Source of the DNA: Candidatus Tayloriibacteriota bacterium
GTDB lineage: Bacteria > Patescibacteriota > Minisyncoccia > Phycocordibacterales > PALSA-1337
NCBI GenBank assembly: GCA_943350765.1
Contig: CALRAJ010000004.1
Coordinates: forward strand, 19,309-83,308
Length of the DNA: 64,000 nt
Direction of reading: 5' to 3'
The notes under the pieces are model-generated. The model worked only from the letters and a program-made list of their open reading frames with translations. It was not told the origin of the DNA and made no database searches. The translations under genes were made by a program, and so were the position numbers. Position 1 is the first letter of the stretch. Every line of letters begins with the position of its first letter. Of this stretch, positions 29,517 to 38,378 are shown in pieces.

Positions 29517-30266
29517 ATGGAATATTTACTTGAAAAACTGGGTGTAAACAAAACCGACACAAAAATATATATCTTTCTTGTAGAGGTTGGCTGGTGTTCA
29601 GTTGCCCAAATTGCTCGGGATATCAATCTACCTCGACAGACTGTTTATAGCGGACTGAAACAACTTCTTTCTATTGGTATTGTGGAGCAAAGTAGGACAA
29701 AAAAGTCTGGACTTTTCTACGCTGATCCACAAATATTGATTAGTACCATCAATAAACACAATATCGAGCTTGAAAGGGCGAAATCTACTTTAGAGAAAAA
29801 CTTACCCGAAATATTGCTTCAAAAGAAGAGGTATACACAAAGTTACCCAACCATAACCTACTATGAAGGTGAAAAAAGCTTACAGCGGCTCTTCGATGAC
29901 ATTTTAAGCCAATTTAAAACTAAAAAAGATACTGTCTTTCGTGGGTTTGGGGTTAATACCGTGAAAGATAAGTTGAGTGGCTACGCAGAAAAATTTATCA
30001 AAGAACGAGCGAAATACGATGTTGAAACGCGCTTGATTATCGGCCTAGGTCCAGATGACTTTGGCATTTCAGGCGCCGATCCACTCGGGAGAGAAGTAAA
30101 ACGCATCCCAATCCCCTCTCAAGATGCTGGAGTGTATATGGTTGCCAATCGCCTCTATATATTTTCTTACAAAAACAAAAATGGTATCATGATCGAGGAC
30201 GAAAGCGTTGTAAAGTTTCTACGAGAAGTCTTTGATTATTTGTGGCAAGGAATGAATAGTAGGTAA
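29517..30266 (+). CDS. TrmB-family HTH transcriptional regulator
   Basis: N-terminus LEKLGVNKTDTKIYIFLVEVGWCSVAQIARDINLPRQTVYSGLKQLLSIGIV matches the TrmB wHTH pattern. Confidence 0.6.
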   Translation: MEYLLEKLGVNKTDTKIYIFLVEVGWCSVAQIARDINLPRQTVYSGLKQLLSIGIVEQSRTKKSGLFYADPQILISTINKHNIELERAKSTLEKNLPEILLQKKRYTQSYPTITYYEGEKSLQRLFDDILSQFKTKKDTVFRGFGVNTVKDKLSGYAEKFIKERAKYDVETRLIIGLGPDDFGISGADPLGREVKRIPIPSQDAGVYMVANRLYIFSYKNKNGIMIEDESVVKFLREVFDYLWQGMNSR

Positions 30267-30272
30267 TTTTGT

Positions 30273-30289
30273 CGGGGCGCCGGGAGTTT
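30273..30289. repeat. 17-bp direct repeat of the tRNA-Pro 3' end (gtcggggcgccgggag), att-like
   Basis: Identical to 30455-30470, the 3' end of the tRNA-Pro gene 170 bp away in the same orientation. Confidence 0.5.
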
Positions 30290-30455
30290 CTCCCTCGACT
30301 TTTTCCTCGCCGTCACTCGGAAAAGTCTGGGCACCAGCTCACATAATTTTCTACTGAAAATTATTGGCTCCGCTGTTCGAATCCCGACGTAAGCCGTACC
30401 CACGGCTTACTGCGCCCCGAGCGCGAAAAAACGGCATAAAGCCGTTTTTTCAGTG

Positions 30456-30538
30456 TCGGGGCGCCGGGATTCGAACCCGGAGTCACTTGTTCCCAAAACA
30501 AGCATGTTAGCCGTTACACCACGCCCCGATATATTTAG
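30456..30538 (-). tRNA. tRNA-Pro (anticodon UGG)
   Basis: Manual cloverleaf: acceptor CGGGGCG/CGCCCCG, anticodon loop UUUGGGA, T-arm CCGGGUUCGAAUCCCGG. Confidence 0.85.
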
Positions 30539-30685
30539 ATCACTCTCCTGAACCAATATATACTAGCACAAAGTCTTAAAAAGACATAGAAAATAGAAAT
30601 TTCTTTCAAGCATACACATATCACACAAAAACAATTCACGACCGTTAACTATTTATATATCTATAACCAGCCAATAGCAAAAATT

Positions 30686-31126
30686 TTATAAAATAATATC
30701 TTCCAAAATCTCCACACTTCCCTCTTTTGTTTCCTGACTTATATACACCGACGCTAGGTCAAATTGCCAGGATATGTCTTCTGACAGATTTTTCTCCAGA
30801 AGATAGCTTTCTATGGTCTTGGCTAGTCTTTTGACTTTTAGACCATGCATGTTGTCCTCGGGACGGTAGCTGTCACCCATTCCTGATGTTTCATGTGGAA
30901 CATTACCGCCAGTCGCCTCTGCGTTGCTACGGCGTACCAAGCAAGAAACACTCTTTACTTCAATAAAATGAAGCTTTCCTCCCCTTTTTGCCACAATATC
31001 GATCTCTCCCCACTTTTTGGTATAGTTTCGCTCGATTATTGAGAAACCTTGTTTTTTGAGAAATTTACATGCGATATCCTCACCGAGCTCACCCAATTTC
31101 TGTGTTTTTGATGTAAATAGTTTCAT
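30686..31126 (-). CDS. yraN: YraN (UPF0102) family endonuclease-like protein
   Basis: LGELGEDIACKFLKKQGFSIIERNY...GEIDIVAKRGGKLHFIEVKS matches the YraN signature; an insertion lies in the middle. Confidence 0.65.
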   Translation of the reverse strand: MKLFTSKTQKLGELGEDIACKFLKKQGFSIIERNYTKKWGEIDIVAKRGGKLHFIEVKSVSCLVRRSNAEATGGNVPHETSGMGDSYRPEDNMHGLKVKRLAKTIESYLLEKNLSEDISWQFDLASVYISQETKEGSVEILEDIIL

Positions 31127-31466
31127 ATGTAACACTTATTTATGTTTTCACGTGAAACATTTCATGTGAAATCGCCTATTTTTATCAATATACCTATATT
31201 TATAGGCCTATCTTTACAAAAAATACCTCATTTACGGACATTGTCATCGTCGACTATGAGCCATATTCTGTGTCCTTTATGAACACTGTCCACATAGTTA
31301 TCCACAGTTTTCCAAAAATAGCCTTGTTTTTAGGGGATAAGTTGAGTAAGTGGTTTGGGACAAAAGAAGAGGTACCCGATGGAAGTTTTAAAGGACATGG
31401 GGAAGTATAGCATGGATTATATAGAATATGGCGATAGATGCTTTGGCATCAAACTCAAAATGGAGC

Positions 31467-31658
31467 GGGCGGGGGAGACGCTTCGCTATCGAACTTCCTC
31501 GGAAACCTCGTCTACAGATGCACATCACCTACCGATGTGCCAGGGTTTTCCGACGCTCGTCGGGCTCGCTGCCTTCCTCAACAGGGAACTCCCGTTCCCG
31601 ACCCCATCCCCATTCGATTCTCCCTGCCTGACACAAAAAATCTTCGATTTATTTTTTG
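31467..31658 (+). repeat. conserved tRNA-Gly-associated module, copy 2
   Basis: Paralogous to 27380-27609; ends in ttcgattctccctgcc, the inverted image of the adjacent tRNA-Gly(GCC) 3' end. Confidence 0.6.
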
Positions 31659-31729
31659 TGCGGGCAGGGAGAATCGAACTCCCGTCTCAATCTTGGCAAG
31701 ATCGTGTTCTACCACTAAACCATGCCCGC
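31659..31729 (-). tRNA. tRNA-Gly (anticodon GCC)
   Basis: Manual cloverleaf: acceptor GCGGGCA/UGCCCGC, anticodon loop UUGCCAA. Confidence 0.85.
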
Positions 31730-31733
31730 ATAT

Positions 31734-32405
31734 CTATTTCTCAACAAGTGCTAAAAATTCTTTCTCCAGTAGTGCTAGCCATACTAACACTTTCTCTTTT
31801 AAAAATCTACTGGACACACCAGCTACTGCTGTGCCATACGCCAATTTCTTTACCTTGCTTCGACTTGGAATAATCATTGTTTTTTGAAAATTATCCCTAT
31901 CTAGAGACACTTTTTCTGACCAAAAACATTCAGTTTCGTTTATATTCATATCGAGATAGCCGATTACAGATAACCAGATTCTATCCTTTGGAACTCCACA
32001 TATATTCTCCAAAAAAGAAAGGAATATTTTAACTATGGCCGGCTCAGAATTTGAAATTCTCACCTGATATTTATTCGCCTTATCACCTTCTCCCCAATAA
32101 AGAAACATCCCAGCAAGAAATAGAGGATTTGTTTTTAGTGTTTGGAATTCTGTCTCAGCATCATCCTTCGCCTCGATATAAAGCTTGTTCAATCTTTCTC
32201 CTCTGATACGATTCAGATTCTTCAGACTTTCTGCATTTGTCTGTATGAGTTTTTTAGAAAGATTTTCCCTTATTTCGGCGGACCATTCCTTTTGACTAAA
32301 CCACTCAGAAAGAGTCGCTTTTGACATGCCTAACAAACTCCTAATTTCGTTATAGCTTTTGCCTTCTTTCCTTAGATTTATTGCAATTTCTTTATCTTTT
32401 CTCAT
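31734..32405 (-). CDS. hypothetical protein with an N-terminal HTH and a LAGLIDADG-like motif
   Basis: HTH GKSYNEIRSLLGMSKATLSEW; central LAGMFLYWGEGDK followed by a hydrophobic alpha/beta segment. Confidence 0.4.
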   Translation of the reverse strand: MRKDKEIAINLRKEGKSYNEIRSLLGMSKATLSEWFSQKEWSAEIRENLSKKLIQTNAESLKNLNRIRGERLNKLYIEAKDDAETEFQTLKTNPLFLAGMFLYWGEGDKANKYQVRISNSEPAIVKIFLSFLENICGVPKDRIWLSVIGYLDMNINETECFWSEKVSLDRDNFQKTMIIPSRSKVKKLAYGTAVAGVSSRFLKEKVLVWLALLEKEFLALVEK

Positions 32406-32494
32406 ACATTATAAGTATAGCACTATGGTTCGACTTACAGCAAACGCTTACGAATTAGCCTCTCGTCAAACGATGGATAGCTAACAAAAATCTG

Positions 32495-32566
32495 TGCACC
32501 TATCAGGACTCGAACCTGAAATAACGGTTCCGAAGACCGTTGTGATATCCATTTCACCATAGGTGC
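32495..32566 (-). tRNA. tRNA-Arg (anticodon UCG)
   Basis: Manual cloverleaf: acceptor GCACCUA/UAGGUGC, anticodon loop CUUCGGA, T-loop UUCGAGU. Confidence 0.8.
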
Positions 32567-32640
32567 AAATACAAAATACTTTAACCCAAACACTATACCG
32601 CACATTCGCTAAAAATCAAAATATGTACTAGAATAAAGCC

Positions 32641-34215
32641 ATGAAACTGTCAACAAATGTCATTTTTGACACTTCTCTAGGTAAACATATACCCGAAGAG
32701 GTTTCACATGTAACCGAAACCTTGGAAAAAGGCGGTTTTGAAGCATATTTGGTAGGCGGATGCACCAGAGACCTTCTTCTAGGTAGAAAACCTAAAGACT
32801 GGGATGTTACGACAGACGCTACTCCAGAGCAGATTATTGCTCTATTTCCAAAGACTTTTTATGAAAATGTCTATGGCACTGTCGGCGTGGTCAATGAAAA
32901 GACCGAGGATGAAACACTCAAAGTGATTGAAGTCACCCCATATCGCCTCGAAGCAGGGTACTCGGATCATCGCCGACCAGACAGCGTTACTTTTAGTACA
33001 AAGCTCGAAGACGATCTCAAGCGACGAGATTTCACGATTAACGCTATCGCCCTTGGACTTAAAAGAGAACAAGAAGTAACTAAACACCAAGAAACAATAA
33101 CCCAAGGCTCTAAAAGCCTCGTGGCTAAAGTTTCACAAGAAACACTCGTAGACCCTTATAAAGGACAAAAGGATTTAAAGGACAAGGTTATACGCACTGT
33201 GGGAGCACCTCAGGATCGCTTTGAGGAAGATGCTTTGCGTATCATTCGCGCTATTCGACTTTCCGCTGAGCTTAGTTTCACGATTAACGCCGAGACAGCG
33301 AAGGCGATCGAGGAAAAGTCCCCTTTACTTGCCAAAATATCAAAAGAACGCATTCGAGATGAGTTTACTCGCATTCTTATGTCAGATACTCCAATGACCG
33401 CACTCGCTGTGGCTCAAAAACTCGGTGTTTTGAAATATATCGTACCCGAGCTTGAGCAGGGTATCGGAATCGAACAAAACAAAGCCCACGCCTACACAGT
33501 TTGGGAGCATCTGCTTCGATCTTGCCAGCATGCAGTAGACAAAAAGTGGCCCCTAGACATTCGTCTTACCGCTCTTTTTCACGACATCTCAAAGCCTGAG
33601 ACACGCAGATGGTCAAACGAATCCGCTCAGTGGACTTTTTATGGTCATGATGTGGTTGGTGCCCGTGTAACAGCTAAAATCCTAGAAAACTTAAGATTTC
33701 CAAAGAAAATGAGTGAGAAAATTGTAAAACTAGTCAGATGGCACATGTTTTTTTCAGATACTGAAAACATTACTCTTTCGGCGGTACGACGAATCATTAC
33801 TAATGTCGGCACAGAAAACATTTGGGATCTCATGAATGTACGGGTGTGTGATAGGGTGGGAACAGGTAGACCCAAGGAACAGCCGTATCGGCTACGCAAA
33901 TATCATGCCATGATAGACGAAGCGCTCCGCGACCCGATTTCTGTCGGAATGTTAAAAATAGACGGGACTACACTTATAAAAGACTTAGGTATGAATCCTG
34001 GTCCAAAAATAGGACACACCTTACATGCATTACTCGAAGAAGTACTAGAGGAACCAAAAAAGAATACTCTTGTATATCTTAAAACCAGAGCTACGGAGCT
34101 TGCAAATCTTGGTGACGAGGAGCTAAAAAAGATAGGGGAAGCGGGTAAACGAAAAAAGGCTATGGAAGAGGAAAAGGAACTTGCCGAGATACAAAAAAAG
34201 CATTGGGTGAAATAG
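32641..34215 (+). CDS. cca: CCA-adding tRNA nucleotidyltransferase with HD domain
   Basis: Pol-beta head motif LVGGCTRDLLLGRKPKDWDVTTDA, RRDFTINA, HD motif FHDISKP. Confidence 0.85.
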   Translation: MKLSTNVIFDTSLGKHIPEEVSHVTETLEKGGFEAYLVGGCTRDLLLGRKPKDWDVTTDATPEQIIALFPKTFYENVYGTVGVVNEKTEDETLKVIEVTPYRLEAGYSDHRRPDSVTFSTKLEDDLKRRDFTINAIALGLKREQEVTKHQETITQGSKSLVAKVSQETLVDPYKGQKDLKDKVIRTVGAPQDRFEEDALRIIRAIRLSAELSFTINAETAKAIEEKSPLLAKISKERIRDEFTRILMSDTPMTALAVAQKLGVLKYIVPELEQGIGIEQNKAHAYTVWEHLLRSCQHAVDKKWPLDIRLTALFHDISKPETRRWSNESAQWTFYGHDVVGARVTAKILENLRFPKKMSEKIVKLVRWHMFFSDTENITLSAVRRIITNVGTENIWDLMNVRVCDRVGTGRPKEQPYRLRKYHAMIDEALRDPISVGMLKIDGTTLIKDLGMNPGPKIGHTLHALLEEVLEEPKKNTLVYLKTRATELANLGDEELKKIGEAGKRKKAMEEEKELAEIQKKHWVK

Positions 34216-34876
34216 GCCTAGAAAAATAGACAAGAAAAAGCCGCTTCAATGCGACCATGGTTAGATAGGGTGGCAGAGAAGCGGCTTTTAAAATGGGAAG
34301 AATTGTTGATGAGAAATTGGATCGGATTGACCATTGATCTCGATGCTAGAAATAGAACACAGCATCTAAAAATTTAAGGTTGGAGAAGTGTGGACTGCCC
34401 AACAACCAGATCAGGGTTACCAGATCTTTATTCTTTTTCAACTTTCTTCGAGTTATGGAAGAGCGTGCGCCGCTAGTTTTTTCTCGGTAAAAACTTTTGG
34501 CCTGTTATTATTATAGCAAATCAAAAAGACATGTAAAGGACACACCTGTGGATAACTTTTTTGACACTGTCTTTTATAGGAGTACACTTATACTCGGTAT
34601 AGAACAAAGGGATGCTTAAAGGACATCCAACAATTAAAAGGCTTTCTTATGAGTATACTTAAAAAGATAAGTCGCCCAGACTCAAAACCGAGTGTTATTG
34701 AGAAAAAAGTTAATAGGATTCTGAGGCTTTTGAGAAAAGGGAAGGACCACCAAGCATTCAAACTTTGTGGACAATTCTAAATTCAACTTCAACCCTTGGG
34801 GTACTATTATTTATACCGAGCAAATGCCCGGTATTTTTATGGGTAAATTATACACTCAACATTTTTATCCTACTTA

Positions 34877-35018
34877 CCCCAAATTACGAAATACTGTCGC
34901 AGGCGTATCTTTTAAAAGGACTTCGCAAGACGGGTAGTCGAGACTTGAGGAAAATTTCAGCAGAAATTTATCCGTGCCTTTTAAAAGATATGCCGAGAAA
35001 GGCATTTCGTGATTGGGG
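34877..35018. repeat. MITE-like palindromic element (copy C)
   Basis: ccccaaattacgaaatactgtcgcaggcgtatcttttaaaagg...cctttaaaagatatgccgagaaaggcatttcgtgattgggg. Confidence 0.7.
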
Positions 35019-35025
35019 TACTTAC

Positions 35026-35793
35026 CTAATCTTTCAACTCAATCATAATCGGGCAATGATCCGAACCTAGTACAGAATCTAGAATCTCGGCCCGCGTCAA
35101 ACAGGGGAGTAGATCGGGAGAAATAAAAAAGTAGTCTATGCGCCAGCCTATATTCCTATCACGAGCAAATGTCTTCATGTCCCACCACGAATACTGGACT
35201 TTTTCTCGGTGTAGATATCTGAATGTATCGATATAGCCAGCCGACACGACTGTATCCAGCCACACTCGCTCAGTAGGCAAAAAACCAGTGTTATTGGCAT
35301 TTTCCTTTGGTCTGGCTAGGTCTATTTCATTGTGGGCGGTATTTATATCACCAGTAAAAATAATTGATTTTCCAGATTTACGAAGTTTTTCAATATGTTT
35401 TAAAAACGCATCATAAAAACGCAATTTATAGTCTAGTCGCTCGGGACCACCACCTCCGTTGGGAAAGTAGATATTAAATAAAACAAAATCCTTGAAGTGA
35501 AGCTCGAGTAGACGACCCTCCTGATCTAGCTCTGGTACACCCATACCGTACTCAACCTTTTCAGGCTTTATTTTTGTATATACCGCTACACCACTATAGC
35601 CTTTTCTCATCTTTGAGTGGTCGAAATAGCTATGATAGCCCACAGGGTAAACAACCTCCTGTGTAAGCTGTTCTCTATGAGCTTTTGTTTCTTGTAGGCA
35701 AAAAATATCTACATCTTCATTGACCAGCCAGTCGAAACCACCCTTTCTGTGATTTGCCCTGATACCGTTTACATTCCAAGAGATAATTCGCAT
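35026..35793 (-). CDS. xth: exodeoxyribonuclease III (AP endonuclease)
   Basis: MRIISWNVNGIRA...CLQETK...SDHCPI matches the ExoIII/APE1 family; start set at MRIISWNV. Confidence 0.85.
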   Translation of the reverse strand: MRIISWNVNGIRANHRKGGFDWLVNEDVDIFCLQETKAHREQLTQEVVYPVGYHSYFDHSKMRKGYSGVAVYTKIKPEKVEYGMGVPELDQEGRLLELHFKDFVLFNIYFPNGGGGPERLDYKLRFYDAFLKHIEKLRKSGKSIIFTGDINTAHNEIDLARPKENANNTGFLPTERVWLDTVVSAGYIDTFRYLHREKVQYSWWDMKTFARDRNIGWRIDYFFISPDLLPCLTRAEILDSVLGSDHCPIMIELKD

Positions 35794-35873
35794 AACCACA
35801 GTGTAGGGTTTGTGATCAAAAAAGTAAAGTAAATAAAAACTCGACCCTACGGATCGAGATCTGAACAACTCTT

Positions 35874-36143
35874 TCACGAACCCAAACTATGAGGAACTCG
35901 CACAAAACACTCAAGCCCCTCATCAATCGTGGCGGCCGTTACATCGGCCGGTAAAACCAACCGCCATAAACCACGAATGTGATCAATACCTAGGGAAAAA
36001 TGTTCGTAACCTGGATTTCCCGCAAGTGTTCTCGCGAGAAAGCCTCTCAATTCCCTGATAGCTTTGCCACGGGCTGTTTTGGATTTCACATGACTCTTGA
36101 AATCCAGATGAATTGTTTTTGTCATAAGAACTTTGCATACCAC
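35874..36143 (-). CDS. hypothetical small protein (GC-rich islet)
   Basis: ORF only; composition atypical for the genome. Confidence 0.4.
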   Translation of the reverse strand: MVCKVLMTKTIHLDFKSHVKSKTARGKAIRELRGFLARTLAGNPGYEHFSLGIDHIRGLWRLVLPADVTAATIDEGLECFVRVPHSLGS

Positions 36144-36273
36144 AATTTTGATTTTGATAGGTAACCGAAACCGAAGATTACTATACCAGAAGTTTTAAAT
36201 AAAGCAATGTTTGGACAAATAAAAAACCAACCCCTAAAACATTCTCTGGTTGGCTTGGTGAACTGAAAAAGAA

Positions 36274-36663
36274 CTAGGTGACGACCGTGATGATTCCGTC
36301 CCCATGATCGGTAATCTCACCATCACCCCCCTCAGTACTGGCGACAAGGGGTGCTGATCGGTGATCTGGATAGTAGTTTTGCTGGTTGAGCTCCGGAAGT
36401 ACGCTAAACCCACAAGCTTCGAGAATTTCGATGATTTCAGGGTGGCTTTCGCTGAATTCATCGTGTGGTTTGATCGAGAAGCACCTAAGCTTTGCTCCGT
36501 CAATTTCAACCACCCTGACCAAGGGTTTTGGATAATCCCCATGCACCAAAGCAGCCTCGAGGATTTTGCCGTAAAACATAATGGTATCAGCCAAAAGACC
36601 CAGCATCATGTCCTCTTGTACTTCGTCCTGTTGGACTTTTGAAAAAAACTCAATCTTGCTCAT
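36274..36663 (-). CDS. hypothetical acidic protein (GC-rich islet)
   Basis: ORF only; composition atypical; an overlapping alternative-frame ORF at 36234-36542 is less likely. Confidence 0.4.
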   Translation of the reverse strand: MSKIEFFSKVQQDEVQEDMMLGLLADTIMFYGKILEAALVHGDYPKPLVRVVEIDGAKLRCFSIKPHDEFSESHPEIIEILEACGFSVLPELNQQNYYPDHRSAPLVASTEGGDGEITDHGDGIITVVT

Positions 36664-36812
36664 ATTATTTATTTTTGACCAACTACACCGCAGGTCTGGC
36701 TACACACCAAACTATTACGAATCTACCCCTTATTATAGTACACTTGAGTACAAAAGTCAAGTACCCAAATAACTCGCTGTGTCTAGCAAAATACCGCAGG
36801 AAACATCTACAC

Positions 36813-37730
36813 CTACTTTTTACCCCTATTGTGAAAACTTTTATGTATGTCCCGCAGATGTTTATCTGTCACATGAGTGTATATTTGAGTAGTGCTAATA
36901 TTCGCATGTCCCAAAAGTGCCTGCACACTACGAAGATCTGCTCCATTTGAAAGCAAGTCCGTAGCAAAGCAATGCCTTATCACATGGGGAGTAACTTTTT
37001 TGGAAATACCTGCCGAAATAGCGTGGTGTTTTACAATACGCTCTATAGAACGGCGTGTCAGCCCAGCTTCTTCTCCAGCCCCTCGTTCTTTATTTATTTT
37101 TACAAACAGTGCATCGTCGATATCGTCTCTTTTGTCCAAATAAGCTTTGACCGAAGACTTGGCGGTATCAGATAGGAAAACCACCCGCACTTTTTCACCC
37201 TTTCCACGAATAGAAAACTCGTCCCGACGAATATCCAAATCTCTCGATAGGGAACACAGCTCAGAAACACGCAGACCTGTAGAAAAGAGAAGCTCTAGTA
37301 TTGCCCTATCACGAAGTCCTTGAAGAGTACCTGTCTTTGGTGCATTGAGAAGTCGAACAAGATCCTCTGGAGAAATGAGGTCTAATGATCTTTCAGAAGT
37401 TTTTGCTAACTCGATCGCCTCTGGCGAAAGGGAAGAGACACCAAGCTTTTGCAAATACTTTAAAAAAGCTCTGAGTGCAATAAGATAATAGTTTTGGGTC
37501 TTTTTTTTTAAAGTTTCTCCTGTGGCACGATTATTACCAGTAGACTGTCTATTGAGCCACAGGCGAAATTCTCGTACTAATGTTTCAGTAATACTTTTGG
37601 GATCTGTAGTTTTAGCAAAGACTAAAAAACGGGTCAAATAATGGTCATAGTTTTCGACAGTTTTTATACTGCGACCCTTTTCTATCTCTACATATTCGAG
37701 AAATTGTGTTTTTAGCTCCAAAAGATTCAT
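36813..37730 (-). CDS. xerC: Xer-type site-specific tyrosine recombinase
   Basis: N-terminal SAM-like ENYDHYLTRFL; C-terminal catalytic HVIRHCFATDLL...LLGHANISTTQIYTHV. Confidence 0.8.
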   Translation of the reverse strand: MNLLELKTQFLEYVEIEKGRSIKTVENYDHYLTRFLVFAKTTDPKSITETLVREFRLWLNRQSTGNNRATGETLKKKTQNYYLIALRAFLKYLQKLGVSSLSPEAIELAKTSERSLDLISPEDLVRLLNAPKTGTLQGLRDRAILELLFSTGLRVSELCSLSRDLDIRRDEFSIRGKGEKVRVVFLSDTAKSSVKAYLDKRDDIDDALFVKINKERGAGEEAGLTRRSIERIVKHHAISAGISKKVTPHVIRHCFATDLLSNGADLRSVQALLGHANISTTQIYTHVTDKHLRDIHKSFHNRGKK

Positions 37731-37799
37731 GTCGCACAATATTATAGCACGAAAACCGTCTGCTCTTTGCAACAGGCGGAGTTTTGTCGATTTTTTACT

Positions 37800-38378
37800 T
37801 TATTCTTCCAAGATATTGAGTTTTCCACTAATACTTTCTGCTCGAGCATCGATACCTAGAGCCTCCGGAGAAACTGGGTCTAGCCCAGACTTCGCCGTAC
37901 TCAAAAGGGATAAGGTCTTTCGACACCCTTCTCTTATCTGTACATCTGTACCAAGATCATCTACCCCCATACCCACAAGTTTTTCTCTGTATAAAATAAG
38001 CCTGTCGAGTTCCTCCTCTGCTTGTACTATCTCTGTGTTCCTCGCAACCCTTTGTCTTTCTGCTTGATTTTTTATAGCTATTTCTGCTTCTGCAAGATGA
38101 ATCAGTGCTGCAATTTTCGCTGTTTCACCCTTATTCTCCACAACCATTTCAGTTAGTCTGTCATTGACCCAGAAAGCCTTTTCTTCTGAACCAAGGCTAC
38201 TCACATCATCTGGCATTACCTGTCTAATATTTGCTTTGTCTGCATCTGCAAAAGTAGCGAGCCAGCGCATGTATTCTTCTAGGCGTTTTTTTGGGTCATT
38301 TGGCCATGATTCCTCAGCAAATCTCTGTATATCCTCCACTTTTTTTGGACCATCATTCAATCTTTCATTACTTGCCAT
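37800..38378 (-). CDS. hypothetical coiled-coil protein
   Basis: ORF only. Confidence 0.4.
   Translation of the reverse strand: MASNERLNDGPKKVEDIQRFAEESWPNDPKKRLEEYMRWLATFADADKANIRQVMPDDVSSLGSEEKAFWVNDRLTEMVVENKGETAKIAALIHLAEAEIAIKNQAERQRVARNTEIVQAEEELDRLILYREKLVGMGVDDLGTDVQIREGCRKTLSLLSTAKSGLDPVSPEALGIDARAESISGKLNILEE

Noticed and set aside
31296-31304. Perfect DnaA boxes at 31296-31304 (TTATCCACA) and 34546-34554 (reverse) as alternative origins
   Set aside because: One or two perfect 9-mers are expected by chance in 64 kb on two strands. The clustered boxes next to dnaA are the credible origin.
31355-31887. ORFs 31355-31873, 31428-31631 and 31438-31887 spanning the tRNA-Gly module and the tRNA itself
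   Set aside because: They overlap a tRNA gene and a conserved non-coding module. Their conservation is at the nucleotide level, not the protein level.
34765-35070. Track ORFs overlapping MITE-like elements that share peptides such as LKDMPRK and GSRDLR (34765-35070, 44055-44249, 60995-61180, 61037-61258, 62161-62400)
   Set aside because: The similarity between these ORFs arises because they translate copies of the same palindromic DNA repeat. They occur on both strands and lack a coding signal.
36234-36542. Alternative-frame ORF overlapping 36274-36663
   Set aside because: The longer ORF with the cleaner start was kept. The overlap is almost total, so at most one is real.
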